From contig JAHBMJ010000274.1 in NCBI GenBank assembly GCA_018398765.1, forward strand, positions 1-51,323: DNA of 51,323 nt. Direction: 5' to 3'. Shown one piece after another: positions 35,979 to 48,709 of this stretch. The notes below the pieces were generated by a model that saw nothing but the letters and a program-made list of their open reading frames with translations, was not told the origin of the DNA and did not search any database. Numbering within the stretch: position 1 is the stretch's first letter; every line of letters starts with the position of its first letter. This stretch comes from Chromera velia (taxonomy: Eukaryota). A program made the position numbers and the translations under genes.

Positions 35979-38900
35979 CAAAGGGGGAAGAATTTCCAAA
36001 AGGATTTTGACATTTGCCCTGTCTTCCTAAAGAACAGTTCCAGCAAGCCCTTTTGAGCTTAGCGTACCTACAGCGGCTGCAGGTACTATTTGCAGCACAA
36101 CTATATTTGCAGCACTGGGGTCCCCTCCTCCTTCGACTTCTTTCTCCTCGAGGCGTCCGGAGGACCCGGGCCGTCACCCCCTCTTTTGTCTTTTCCTTTT
36201 TCATTTTCTTCATTCCCTTTGAAGCTTCTTCCATTACCCCCCTTTCCTTTCTCCCCTCGTCTATCCGTTCCTTTCTTCATCTCTTCATTTCCTTTCCCTC
36301 CTGTCTTCCCCGTTGGTTGGTTCTTCCCCCCTCCCCCCACCCCAGTAAGAGAGAGAGGAAGAGGAAGTGAAAGAAAAGGAAAAGAAACATCGCATACATC
36401 TGTCACCTTCCATTCGATACCTTCTGCACTCATGTGTTCTTCTTTATCCAAAGAGATGACATTGTCAGCTACTCTGAGAGGAGAATGGCGTGTATCGAGA
36501 GTCGATGCATCCGGGAGAGGCGAAGGTGTCCTACCTGTGTGAATGTCATGTGTGATCGCTGGAGAAGATGACGTTCTGTCATACGTTCTTTGTCCGAAGT
36601 CTACCGAGAAGGCCTCTCTTCTATGCATGCATGAGCCGAGCTTACTGTGATCGCATACTTCATTCCCTCCCTGCCCGCCCAGAAAGTCCTCTTCTATGTC
36701 CCTCCCTCCAAGTTGCTGCTTCCCCTTCCCTCCCTTCAACCCCCCACCCTAACTCTTTGGAGTTCCCGTCTCCAACAAATCCGGAGGTCTTTGGCCCCAC
36801 CTCTTTCCAGGAGGCCATCCGCGAGTCCCTTTCCATGCCCCCCTGAAGTGTCTCCCTGTCTATCTCCCTCCGCCCTGCCATGATCTGCACATAGGGGGAG
36901 GAGGGGGAAACTGTGTCTTCTCAGAAAAAGCATGAAGGGGAGCGCGATCAAAAACCATCCCTGCCCCACTGACCAGCGTCGGATAGACCGTGGTTCCCCC
37001 CAGCCTATCTATCCCCCCCTCTCCCAGTCGGTCACTGGGGTCTACGGGCTCGTCGCAGGATGTCGTCAGTCCAATGGTGTGATCATTTCCATCGGAGGTT
37101 TCAACAACACAATGTGACAGAGGGAATACCGTTTTTTGGAAAAAGATTTGAGACCGAAAGGAAAACATCTTTACACAATTTTCAAGGAGCGCAAACCGGT
37201 TCGTAACCGAGACAGGGGAACGTTCCTTCCCTCCCCAAAATACCCCTTCGTAACGCTTTCCTACCCCCCCTTCAGTCCCTGATCTCAACCACCCCAACAG
37301 CCCAACTTCTTCCACAGCCTGGAGGATACAATTCACAGCTCGCTCTCTGCCCTCAATTTTCTTTCTCTCACTGATTCTGTCTATTTCTTCCTCAAGAGTC
37401 TGAATTGCCACTACTCGTTTCTCTATCTCATACACTAACGCCCTTCTCCTCGTCAGCAAACGACTCAACTTCACACAACCTGCCTCATTGCCTCTGAGGG
37501 ATCCGTTATGTGCCGGCACAGAAGGAGTTCGGATCCTTTCCCCCTCCCCCGACTTCTTTTAGGCCCGAGGGCCCGGAGGGCCATCACCTTCCTCTTCCCT
37601 CGGAGAATCGGGCTCCTCAAACATTTCTCCATCGGACTCATCCCCTCCTCCGAGCTTCCCCCGCCTTGCTGGAGGGGCTGATGATGCTGGTGCGTCATCT
37701 CTCTGTCGGATCTGTCCCCTTTTTGCGGGAGATGCAGGTGGTCAGGGGTCTGGTGGGATCGATCAATGTCTGCGAACGAACTGAAGAGGGGTCCAGACTC
37801 CATCGCCGTCTCCTGCCGTTCCTCTCCCCCCCCGACCGGCACCATACCAGCTTGTTCAGAGCCCACACCCCCATTAAGACCGAGCACGGGTTGGGAATTG
37901 GGAAAGAAATGTGGGGCAGGCAGGGGTTGGGGTCTATTCAGCATTCCATCCGAATACCCCTGGTGGTAAGGGTATGGAGACGGGAAGCTAGACGCGAAGC
38001 TGTACATGGGGGCTACCATGGGGGCAGTCATGGGGGTAGGCCGAGCTATGGCCCCTGCGGGGGGACCATGGCTCCTGGGGTAGAAAACCATACACGCCCC
38101 TTGCAGCCCGGGAGGTGCATCCGCGGTGTGCGGGGCTGGATTCACGGCTGGCCTCGACCCGTCCTCATCCCTCTCCTTCGCGACCACTTCCTTTGCTTCC
38201 TTCACCTCCTCCTCATCGTGAGCATCAGGGGAGGCGAGTACTCCCCTCGCCTACCGAACCCTTAACTGTTTCTTCTGCTGCTCGTTTTTCGGTATACGGC
38301 AAAAGAACAGTCTCCCGTCTTTGGTTTCTATGCAAAACCGCTCACCAAAGAGCTTGTCACACTTCTCCGCATTATCATCCAAGTCAAACACAAGAGTCGT
38401 CTTCGGTTGGCCAAGCTTCTTGTTTGGTTTCTTCGGGTTGGGTTTGGGTTTCCACGAAGACTTGCTCTTGATCGTTGATATCATGGCTGCGGAAAATGCT
38501 TTTGCTTCTTCGAGTTGCATATTGGAGATTTGGGGGTATCTAGCACAGTCCCTCAGGAACTTTTTCAGATCCCGGTCGAAAGAGATCGGGCCCCCGTTCA
38601 GGAAGAGTCCTTGGATCTCTCGAGTGCGGAGTCTCTTATCCTCAGCCGCTTTAAAGAGATCTGCGCTAGGGGATTTCTTCTTTAGTTCGGTGACTTCATC
38701 CCTCAGAACCTTTATCTCCCCCTCCAAGCCGCTAAGCCGTTCCCGGTCCTCAGCCTAACCCTGGGTGAGGGCTGCGAGCTGGGTTTTCACCGGCTCTAAC
38801 TGGTTAGTAAACGATCTGTTGAGGTCCTCCGACTGAACCTTCAGTTTCACATTCAGAAGGGCGCTCAGCTGATTTACCGCTGCCGACTCCAGGGGACTGG

Positions 38901-41169
38901 AGACCGGCTTTGGAAAAGAAAAGTCAGAGGAGCCTTTTAATTCAATTACCAGCCATCTGCCGGCAAGCGCCAACAAGAGAGAAGCAACAGCCCTTGTGGG
39001 AGGATACAGGAGACGGCTTTTGGCAACGTATCACCAAACTCTGCAGTCTCTTCACCTTTTCTCCTCGGAAAGGTTTCGTTTTGATTTGCTCAGAGAATGC
39101 AGCTCAAGAAGATAGCAGAAGACAGCAGAAGCCTGAGTTATTCACTCGGTTCTTCAATGTGTAGTCCTAGGTTATAGGTCAATCAATCAATCATTTAAGG
39201 CTAGACTTAAGGTCAATTCAAAAAGTTAATGCGTCATCTGTAGGGACAGCTATGTGGCCAGTGTGCTTGAAGATGATGCATGTCAAAGCGATAGGTCCCG
39301 TTTTGCACTTGGCGCCCAAAGATAGAGAACCGCTGGCCGCAATGACCACAGCTGGCCCAGACAGATGCACCCGCGCGATTCCAACAACGGAAAGAGTCCG
39401 CCTCAAAGTTTGGGCGGTCCCCCCAATCCAGTGCTCCAGCCTCCAAAGAAAGACCCGCCGCTAAAAGCTGATGTCTGAGGCTTCGAAGGGCCTCTAACTC
39501 CAGAGACCCAGGGGGGTGGAGATTTGCCATCTGCAAGCAAGTAGACATAAAAGAATCATAAGTAAATACGGGCTTCTTTTTACAGCCGCGGTGCAGCAAC
39601 CGCATCCGCCCCTTCCTCTTTCCGTCCGAGACCACCCAGCCCTAGACCCAGCCGCACCACGAGGGGAGCTCGAGGAGGCAATGTTCTTCTTGCTCCTCCC
39701 CACTTAAAACATGTTTTTAAAGGTCGGCGCCGCAGACGAATTTTTTTTTTTGGGACCCTAATTTTTATCATTTTTTTTCTTGGTAAAAGGAAGGCAGACT
39801 GAGGCCATTACCGGTTACCGGCAGTTGCTGGTAGACTAGACCTATTACTGACCAGAAAAGCAACCCTATTTGCATGCAAATTGGTCCAATGTCAGACGGT
39901 AGGCACACATGCAGAAGATCAAACTCTGATCGAACTCTGATGGCAAGGCATAAGAAAGGCCGAGCATCAGACGATAGTCAGACACGCAGAAAGAACAAAC
40001 TTTACACTGCAAGGCATGCAGAAAGGGCAAGCATCAGACGGTAGTCAGGCACGTTGTGAGGGGCATTCCGCCTAATAAGAAGACTGAGTAATAAAGGGCT
40101 GACAAGCGTCAGGCAGATGTGGACTGGACAGGGGACCCAGGCCACATAGCGTGCATGGGTGTATCACAAGGCCGCGCATCGTGAAGTTGGGTATGCTTTC
40201 ATTAAGTGATTTTAGTGAAGTGCATGCTTGATGTGTCTGCTTGACATCATCACTAAGAATGCTTGAGATTGATATTAACTGCTAGACCAAACCAACCAAT
40301 GTCTGTCAGACTTTAACCACCTGTATCTGATATTACTAAAACTCCCATAAAACAGCTTACATCTGGTAGTTCAAAGCCTTGTTCTACCCTCAGTTGAGAG
40401 AGAGCGCTCTTGTTAAATAATATTAAAGTCTCTATGCTTGAAAATGGACCTCTATGCTGAAGTCTGACCTTTATATTAATAGTTTTATTCTACGTTTTCT
40501 TGACATAAAATATAAGTTAATTAGATTATTTTTTTTTTAGTTTATCAATGATAAATAAGCTGATAATAAATGTTTATAAATTTAGATTCAAGTTCTTAAA
40601 AGTAATTCTAGCGCTAGCTAGTTAAAGCTAATTGATCAACAGTGATTGCCAGCTGCTACGCGTGAATGTTTTTCAAATCTAAATCTGTTTAATGATACTG
40701 TTAGCTAAAAACGTTTTGAAATTTGACTATTATTCGATTAAGTATGTGTCTGCGCATGAATGCGCGGCAAAAAGTTGAAAAAAAAAAAAACTATAATCTA
40801 TCTAGATAATCTAGACATTTTAAAGTTTTTACTACAAATGTCAGACCAGAATAAAATTCATTCTCTGGAAAATTCTTTTAAAAATAGTTCAGTGAGAATG
40901 AGTTTTGAATTTTAATACTATCAAAACAATGATCGAAAACTAAAATTTAATATTTTTTAAATATTATTTTAAGAGAAAACTTTGAAAAGGCCAATGTTTA
41001 AGCCGTTTTGTTCCATTTGTTATTCAGATTGATTCTGATTGAAGAGTTGTTTCTGTACTTCTTCTACCATCGCCCAAAGAATGATATTCTGAGACACCAA
41101 CTTTGTGTAGGACAAATCACGGAAACTCAGAGTGCCTCTGCCTTGAACGTATAAATAATATCCATTGGG

Positions 41170-41922
41170 TGAGGAAAGAAAATAAAACAAGTAAGCAAAA
41201 CAGGAAGGCAACGGAAATGGAGGAAGGAAGAAGGCAAACAAGCGAGAAAAAGAAAAACGAAGGAAGAAAGGAAGCAAGGAAGGAAGGAAGGAAAATAAGG
41301 AGTCTTAGACGAAGAAAGAAGGAAGGCCAATTAATAAACATGGAAGGCAGGATGGAAGGAAAGAAGGAAGAAAGAAATTAAGAAAATAAGAAAAAAGAAG
41401 GAAGAAAGAGAGGAAGGAAGGAAGGAAGGAAGGAAGGAAGGAAAAAAGGAAGAACGGCAGGCAGAGATAAAGGACAGAAGAAAATAAAAAAAGAAGGAAC
41501 TTCAAGGAAAGAAGAAAGTAGCAGGGGAAGGAAGAAAGAAGCAAAAGGAGAAACAGGGCAACGAAGGAAGGAAAAAGGAAGGAAGGAAGGAAGGAAGGAA
41601 GAAAGGAAGGAAGAAAGCAAGGAAGGAAGGAAGGAAGGAAAGAAAAAAGGAAAGAAGGAAAGAAACAAATAGAGGAAGGATGGGAAAAACGACGGAAGAA
41701 AGGAAGGATGAAAGACAAGAAGGAAACAGACATAGAAAGCTTAAAAATTTTTGAATGAAAGAAAGAACGAAAGTAGGAAGGGGGAACAATGCAATGAAGG
41801 GAGTAAGGAAAGATGGAAAGAAGGGACTCTGACAAAGAAAAAAAAGAAAAAGAGATCGAAGAAGGAAGGAAGAAAGAAAGTCATAAAGAGAGAAAGAGAG
41901 AGAGAGGGAAAGAGAAAGAGAA

Positions 41923-41953
<31 letters not shown>

Positions 41954-42060
41954 AAGAAAGAAAGGAAGGAGGGAAGAAAAAGAGGAAGGCACGAAAACAA
42001 CAATTAAGGAAAGAAAGGGAAAAAAACAATAAAGATGGAAGGGAAAGGGAAAGAAAAGAA
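41170..42060. repeat. Purine-rich GGAA/GA low-complexity tract
   Basis: Visible directly. Confidence 0.9.
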
Positions 42061-42305
42061 GCTGTGCGCTCCAACTGGAAAATATGGAGAAAAGCAGAAG
42101 GGCATGAGGGAATCAACTTGTATCAATAGAGCTAGAACGGCAATATTCTTTTTAGAGACTCACCAATCACATGCTCACCCATAGTAACTGCGCAAAGGTA
42201 GCACGCTTCTGAATCTTATGTCCTGCACAGATAACAGTTTAGAAAAGACAGAGAACTGAAACGTACAATCGGATTACTGCGTGCATACGTAATACATGCA
42301 TTCTG

Positions 42306-44006
42306 CTTCTGTGATATCAAGAATTTGAGTGAAGATATTGTTGGAAACCCTGCGGCGCCGACAGCTCCCCAACAATACTAAACCGGCCGGTTTGATATTG
42401 TTGGGGGGGGGTCAAAAAATCATAATTTTCAAAAGTCTAAATATAAAACATCGCTTTTGATAACGAAACCGAACGATCCCCCACCTCAATAAAAATATGA
42501 AATTTCGACCCCCCCCCAACAATATGGAACCGGCCGGTTTGATATTGTTGGAGAGCTGTCGGCGCCGCTAATTGCGATAACAATAAGCGATACAAGTGTT
42601 GTTCAAAAAGAAAAAACAAAAAATAAGCTGAAACCACCCATTTATAACACATTCCGAAGCCATCGCACACCTCCTGAGAAAAAGTTTTTTTTGAACCCCC
42701 CCCCCCCTTNNNNNNNNCCCCCCCCCCTTTAGTGTCTGACTCCCCCAGGGCCTGGTACCCTCCCACCGTCTCTGCCGTCTCTGCTGTCTCCACCGTCTCC
42801 GCAATCTCCACAGTCTCCGCCGTCTCCGCCATCTCCACCGTCTCCACAGTCTTCGCCATCTCTGCCGGCTCCACCGCCTCTAAAGTCTCTTCCCCCCTTG
42901 CCTCCCCCTCAATTGACCTCCCCCAACTGCGCCCCGGCCCACTGTCTCAGCCGTCTTCGCCGTCTCCACCATCTCCGCCGTCTCCACCGTCTCCGCCGTC
43001 TCCACTGTCTCCGCTGTCTCTGCATGCCGTCTCCGTTATCTCCACCCTTCCTACCATCTGTACCGTCTCCACCGTCTCATCTGGTCTTCTTTCTCTCCTA
43101 GTTTCTCTCTTCCAGTATCTTCATACTCGCCTCTGTTCCTCCCCCTCTTTGACCTCCGGACCCGCCTCANNNNNNNNNNNNNNCCCCCCCCCTGCCGCTG
43201 CTCACCGCCGCTCCCCCTTCCTCCTGAGCTCACACCCTGTCTACTCCTCTTCTTCCTGGACGCCCTCTCTTTCGCAGCTCCCTATGTATCCCGCTCTTTC
43301 AAGTTGATATTCTCGTTTACCCCCAACCCCCAACCTGGTCTTGCCCCTCCGCATGCAAACCTTGATACACTATATGCATTACCACAAGGAGCAGCAGTGC
43401 CACGCATCAGACAGTATCACACAGACATTCATATAGAGAGCCTACCTGGTAGAAGAACAAAGACAAGCGCCAGCAATAGAGCCAGCACCCGCTTCAACAA
43501 CAAAAAGGATCCGAAACTGCAGGAAAACCAAGAGGCACACAAATCAGCCACAAAAAGACGTCCGGGCCAATTTCTCTCTGAGAAATCTAGGTCATTTGCT
43601 GACGTAGGCAGAAAATACAAAGGAGACAGGAGGGAAGAAATCAAGACAAGCCCCTTAGTACAATAGAGTGAGAGCAAAATCTGCTGGCGAGCAAGCAAGA
43701 GAAAACTTTAAGGCGTTCCATAAAGAGGAAAAGATATATTTCTACTGCATGGTTGCCTGATAGGTCTGGGGCGTTGCTTTCAACCCTTTTCCCCAATAAT
43801 ATCCAGAACCCACCAGAGACGATTCCACATGGACTCGATCCACCTCCCCGACAAAGCATAACTAGAGTCCCAAATCCTGTATACATACACGTGAGAAGGA
43901 GGGGAGAAAGTCCATGAGCATTCACCAGGGCACATCCTTTCCTGATACCCAGCCTGACACCGCATGACGCACTATAACAACTTCACATAATCTGCAGATG
44001 GGCAGA
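42306..44006. repeat. Dispersed repeat A, copy 2
   Basis: Direct copy of 3876-5003; includes a 9-bp CCGTCTCC(A/G) tandem array at ~42765-43080. Confidence 0.9.
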
Positions 44007-44799
44007 GACGGGACTGTATACTCAACGGAAGAGCTTAGAGACAAAGGCAGCTCCACCTGCCCGACAAAGCACAAGAGGAGTTCCAAATCCTGCGTATACA
44101 CACGCCAGAAGTAGAGGAAAAAGCGCATTAACATTCAGCAAGTGGCATCCTTTTTTGACGTAATGCAACAACTTCACACAATCTGCAGATCGAGACGACT
44201 GGACTCACCAGAAGAGGGAGTCACCAAAGTAGTTCCCGCTCCCCGACAAAGCACAACAGAAGTTTCAACACACACGATCGAAGTAAGTACGAATGAGGGG
44301 ATAAAGCGCATAAGTATGCAGCAATGACGACTTATACATACAGCCAATTAATGAAAAAAGCATGCAGGTCTCTAGCATCAAAAGCCAGATAATCGGTTCT
44401 GACGTGAGCAGCCATAATTAAGCACACCGCGCCGCAGCCGGCGCGCGACGTGCATACGGATCCTGCGCCGTGCACGCCATGCAGGCACATAAAATATAAA
44501 GCTCAAACTTTAGCATAAAGGTCGGTTTTCGAGCATAGGGACTTAATTCAGTATACTCAGACTGGTTTAGTTTACCAACTGTCGACTCCATACATCGATA
44601 GAAGGTGTGACAGAGAATGTACCGGCTCCAGGGATTCTGCAGATCGTCGGGGCCATTGAAGAACTGTCTCAGAGGATTGACTCTATGCAGCCAATACAAA
44701 ACCTATATGGAGAAACTCTGTAATTACTTATTTCTTAAGCTCCTCAGGAATCTATCCAGGCAACGGTGACATCACCTGCCATTGCGCCAGCCCAAAGTA

Positions 44800-45560
44800 T
44801 AACTGCGTCCTCGTTGCACTACATGAAGCTGTGCAAGGCCCCTGCTTTGTTCTCTAGAGTGCAGGCCAAGCTGACTAGGTGGTTGAAAGATATAGAAGAC
44901 TTCTACAAACTTGAGAAAGTGTTGGACCTGGACAAGGTACTGGTGATAAAGAACAAAATATCCCAGGACCTGAAGGAATGGTTTGACCTCTATAAGGTCG
45001 AGAACGGACCATTCCAGAACTGAGAGTCGTTGAAGGCTGCCCTTATTGAGCATTATTCAGAGACACTGGCCAGACAAAAGGCTAGAAAGGACCTGAAGAA
45101 ATGCTAATGCACTGGAGCTAGGGTGGACGACTATAACAAGCGATTCAAGCCGCTTGTCACGAAACTGAAGGGCTGGTTAATCGAAGAAGACATCGTTGAA
45201 GACTACATCTTTAGTTTGCCAGCAGATGTCCACCTTGAAACAAACAAGGCGCATCTGATCAAGTTAGTCATCGCCATGAAGACAGCAAGCGAGCTTGAGG
45301 TCTTTCTCTCTGGTGGAGAAGGACCGCGAGGCGGGACATGAGACTTCCAAAGGCTGAGTGCCTTCAAAAGTGGTGGGGAGAGTACCCGACGCAACTCTCC
45401 ACTGGAACAAGAGGAAAGGCCTGTTCCCATGGACCTGTATCGGGTCCGTCAACTCCTACCTCCACTCACACCGGCAGAGAGGTCTCTCTGCATTGCAGAG
45501 GAAAGGTGTTTCAAATGCCGCCTCGCCGGGCATACTGCTAGGCAGTGTCCAGGTCCCTTC
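44800..45560 (+). pseudogene. gag: Ty3/Gypsy gag remnant
   Basis: One frame with stops: WLKDIEDFY...EWF...VDDYNKRF...PVPMDL...RCFKCRLAGHTARQCP (CCHC). Confidence 0.88.
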
Positions 45561-45689
45561 TCTTGACTCGGCGGAAATTTCTCTGGAATGCGGAGACTCA
45601 CTGACGGAGGGAATTCTCAGGACTTGCAGGACTACAGGAGATTTTATGGAGACTTCAAGCAGGAGGGAATCATTTTCTGGTTCCCATAA

Positions 45690-46400
45690 CCTGCAAGCTG
45701 ACCTGACTGACCCTCTCTCTTCTTTGGATAGCGATTAGAACAATGTCTTGTCTGGCCACAACAAAAACACTGTCCTTCTTGCAGACACTGTTCTCGAGAG
45801 AGTTGGTGCACTGCATCAAGCTGCATAAGAACCAGACCGTTCTGGGAAGAGCCACTGTGATGCTTTCTATTTCCTCTCCCATTTCCAGACTGCTTCCGGT
45901 GGGCACCCCGACTTTTTCCTTCCGTCTTCTGAGCTGTAATGCACGCGGCCTCAATTGCCTCTTCGAGCGTCTCCGGTCCTTTCTTGGTGACCTCGAGGCG
46001 AATGTCTTTCACAATAGACTCTTTGAATATATAGATTAGCTCATCAGGAGTCATGTGTTCGAGCTTTTCTGCAATATTCAAGAAGTCATCTCCATACATC
46101 TCCATTCTTTCCTCCTTCGAGTACCGCAGCTCCTTCAACTCATCCCTCAGATGATCCTGTCCGAGGGGATCAATGAACTTCTTCGCGAGTGCAGCAGGGA
46201 ATTCCTTGAAAGAGTGGAAGGTTCCATTGCCTCTCTGCTTCCTGTTCACCTATGTCTTCAAAGAAGGGGACAGGTAGCTCGAAATAACAAAAACTTTCTG
46301 GTCGTTTGGGCAACACGTGCAGTCCAAGTATCCAGACATCTCCAAGGTCCAATTCTTCACGTCCCTTCTGTCTCATAAGTACACGGAGGGGACCTTCACC
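45690..46400 (-). pseudogene. gag: Second Ty3/Gypsy gag remnant, convergent
   Basis: KKFIDPL...MEMYGDDF...PETLEEAIEAA...LMQLD...GQCFCCGQTRHCSNRYP (decayed CCHC). Confidence 0.88.
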
Positions 46401-47369
46401 TGATAAGCCCTCGGCAGCAGCTCCATGTGAGTGCTAGACGCAAGCCAGTTCTGGGTAAGGGAAACATCTGTTGAGGCCATGGCAGTCTGTGTCGATCCTC
46501 ACTGGCTCCGGGATCATTTCTGCAATCCTCTCCAAAGAACGCCATTCTGCAGAACATTCCTCTGCAAACTCTGCACAAAGACTCGTCGAAGAGCACTCGA
46601 ATTGCGAGCATCGAATTGGAGGGCCGCACTCGAATTGCGAGCATCGGTCTCAAGCTCCATCTGGAGGACAACAAAGTTGCCACACTTTTCGAAAAGAAAA
46701 GTGGCCACTGGAACGAACAACTGACTGTACTGACAATTGAAACTTTTGTACTGGAAAGTGACTTTGAAAAATTTAGTTTTTAAAACATTAAAATAGATAG
46801 TTTACCCTTTAAACTAATTGATTTTCATAATTTATTTAAGACTATTTAAGCTTAGTAAGATGTTTAAAAAACGAAATAAAAAAATGTATATATAGAGTAT
46901 ATATTTTTTCAAAACCATAAATTGTCTCAGACTGGTACTTATTATCGTAAATTTAATTAACGCTAAGACGAAAACACAATAAGAAATCCATCTGAATGGC
47001 TCTGAATCGATCTGATTGAAGCATTTCTTTTCATGATCATAACTGTTTTATTTTCAATTCATATGAGGCACTGCTCAACGGCGGGCGTGTCAAGGGTAGG
47101 GGCGGGGGGGNNNNNNNNNNNNNNNNNNNNNNNNNNNNNNNNNNNNNNNNNNNNNNNNNNNNNNNNNNNNNNNNNNNNNNNNNNNNNNNNNNNNGGGGGG
47201 GGGGGGGGGGGGGGGGGCATCTCAGTATATATCAAACATGCAGACCCGTGAACGCCACCTGCAGAAATACGTGCACACAAACAGAAAGTCAGTCGAATCG
47301 CCAGAATACACATAAAAGCATGAATGCAAATACAACGTGTATCTTTAATTTGTATCAGAATGATATATG

Positions 47370-48110
47370 AAAGCAGGAAGACCGAAATTGAGAAAGTAAT
47401 CGGACGGGCAGGAAGGCCGAAATCGGGAAGGCAATCAGACGGCCAGGAAGGCCGAAATTGGAAGGCAGTCAGGCCGCCAAGAAGACCAAAATTGGAAGGC
47501 AGGCATGTAGGCAGGAAGAACGAACTCTGGGAGGCAGTCAGATACACAAGAAGGCCGAACTTGGGAAGACAGTCGGGCCAGCAGGAAGAACAAAATTGGG
47601 AAGGCCATCAGGCAAGCAGGATGACCGAAATTAGGAAGCGTTAGGAGGAAACTTGGGCAGGAAGGAAGGCTAAAATAGGGAAGGCAATCAGGCAGGCAGG
47701 AAAGCCGAAATTGGGAAGGCAACCGGACAGGCAGGAAGGCTGAAATTGCGAAGTCAGTCAGGCAGACAGAAAGGCCGAAATTTGGAAAGCATTGAGGTAG
47801 ACAGAAAGACCAAAATTTATAAGGCAGTCAGGTAGGCAAGAAGGCTGAAATGGGAAAGCAGTCAGCATAGTAGGAATGCAAAACTCTGGAAGGTAGTCAG
47901 GCAGGCAAGAAGGCCAAAATTGGGAAGGCAATCGGGCAGGCAGGAAGACCAAAATTAGGAGCGCGGCGAAGACCGAAATTAGGAAGGCAATAGGATGGGC
48001 GGAAAGGCCGAAATTGGGAAGGCATTTAGTCAGACAGAAAGGCTGAAAGCTAGAGGGCAGTTAAGCAGGCAAGAAGGGCGAAATTTTGGAGGCAGTCAGG
48101 CAGGTAGAAA
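47370..48110. repeat. Degenerate ~35-bp minisatellite
   Basis: About 20 units of GGCAGGCAGGAAGGCCGAAATTGGGAAGGCAGTCA. Confidence 0.88.
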
Positions 48111-48470
48111 AAAACATAGGCTCGGAACGTAGGGGCGCTGCTCCCTTTTGCAGTCTGAAGACTGCGGCCTTAACAAAAATGTAAAGACCTACCTCTGGAG
48201 GAGTTGAAGAAGGACTGGGACATAAAACAAACATTTTCTAGAGGAGACCCACGACTTGCAAAGAGTAGAAGAAGGGGGCAGGGGTGAACAACACACGCAA
48301 AAGGAGACGGCAGTTTTATACCTTACCGAGAGTAGACCGGTCAGTCATTCAAAAACTACAATAGCTAGGTTGTAGCCATACAGAAACACTTACAGACATC
48401 GTAAAAGCCTTCTGCATGCACCAAGAAGGCTCATCTCTGCAAATAAGATTTTTTCAATTCCCTCACTGGG

Positions 48471-48709
48471 AGGGGGGGGTGGACCCTCTCGCAGGGGTAC
48501 GAAACGACCGAATTTGGTACCCCTGGTGGAGGGGGGAGGTCCGACCTGCTCTGCAGGTTTGCGTCCAAAATGTGTCTAGGAGTGTTTCTTAGACACATTT
48601 TGGACGCAAACTCTAGACGCAAAGCTGTAGAGCAGGTCGGACCTCCCCCCTCCACCAGGGGTACCAAATTCGGTCGTTTCATACCCCTGTGAGAGGGTCC
48701 ACCCCCCCT
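48471..48709. repeat. Near-perfect ~240-bp palindrome (MITE-like)
   Basis: Arms AGGGGGGGGTGGACCCTCTC...GTGTCTA and its reverse complement enclose a ~10-nt loop; the right arm has a small insertion. Confidence 0.9.

Larger units (their letters stand above)
31144..39170 (-). mobile_element. Non-LTR retrotransposon (APE-type LINE), decayed, apparently 3'-truncated
   Basis: Coiled-coil ORF1-like segments at 38251-38976, then APE endonuclease and RT motifs. No tail is visible and the boundaries are approximate. Confidence 0.85.

Noticed and set aside
35357..36046. Poly-E, poly-R, poly-L and poly-F ORFs
   Set aside because: These are artefacts of GAA tracts being open in all frames.
41020..42116. 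Hydrophobic F/L/S-rich ORFs resembling membrane proteins
   Set aside because: They are translations of GGAA low-complexity DNA.
47370..48110. 35-bp repeat as a CRISPR array
   Set aside because: It is a contiguous degenerate minisatellite without spacers.
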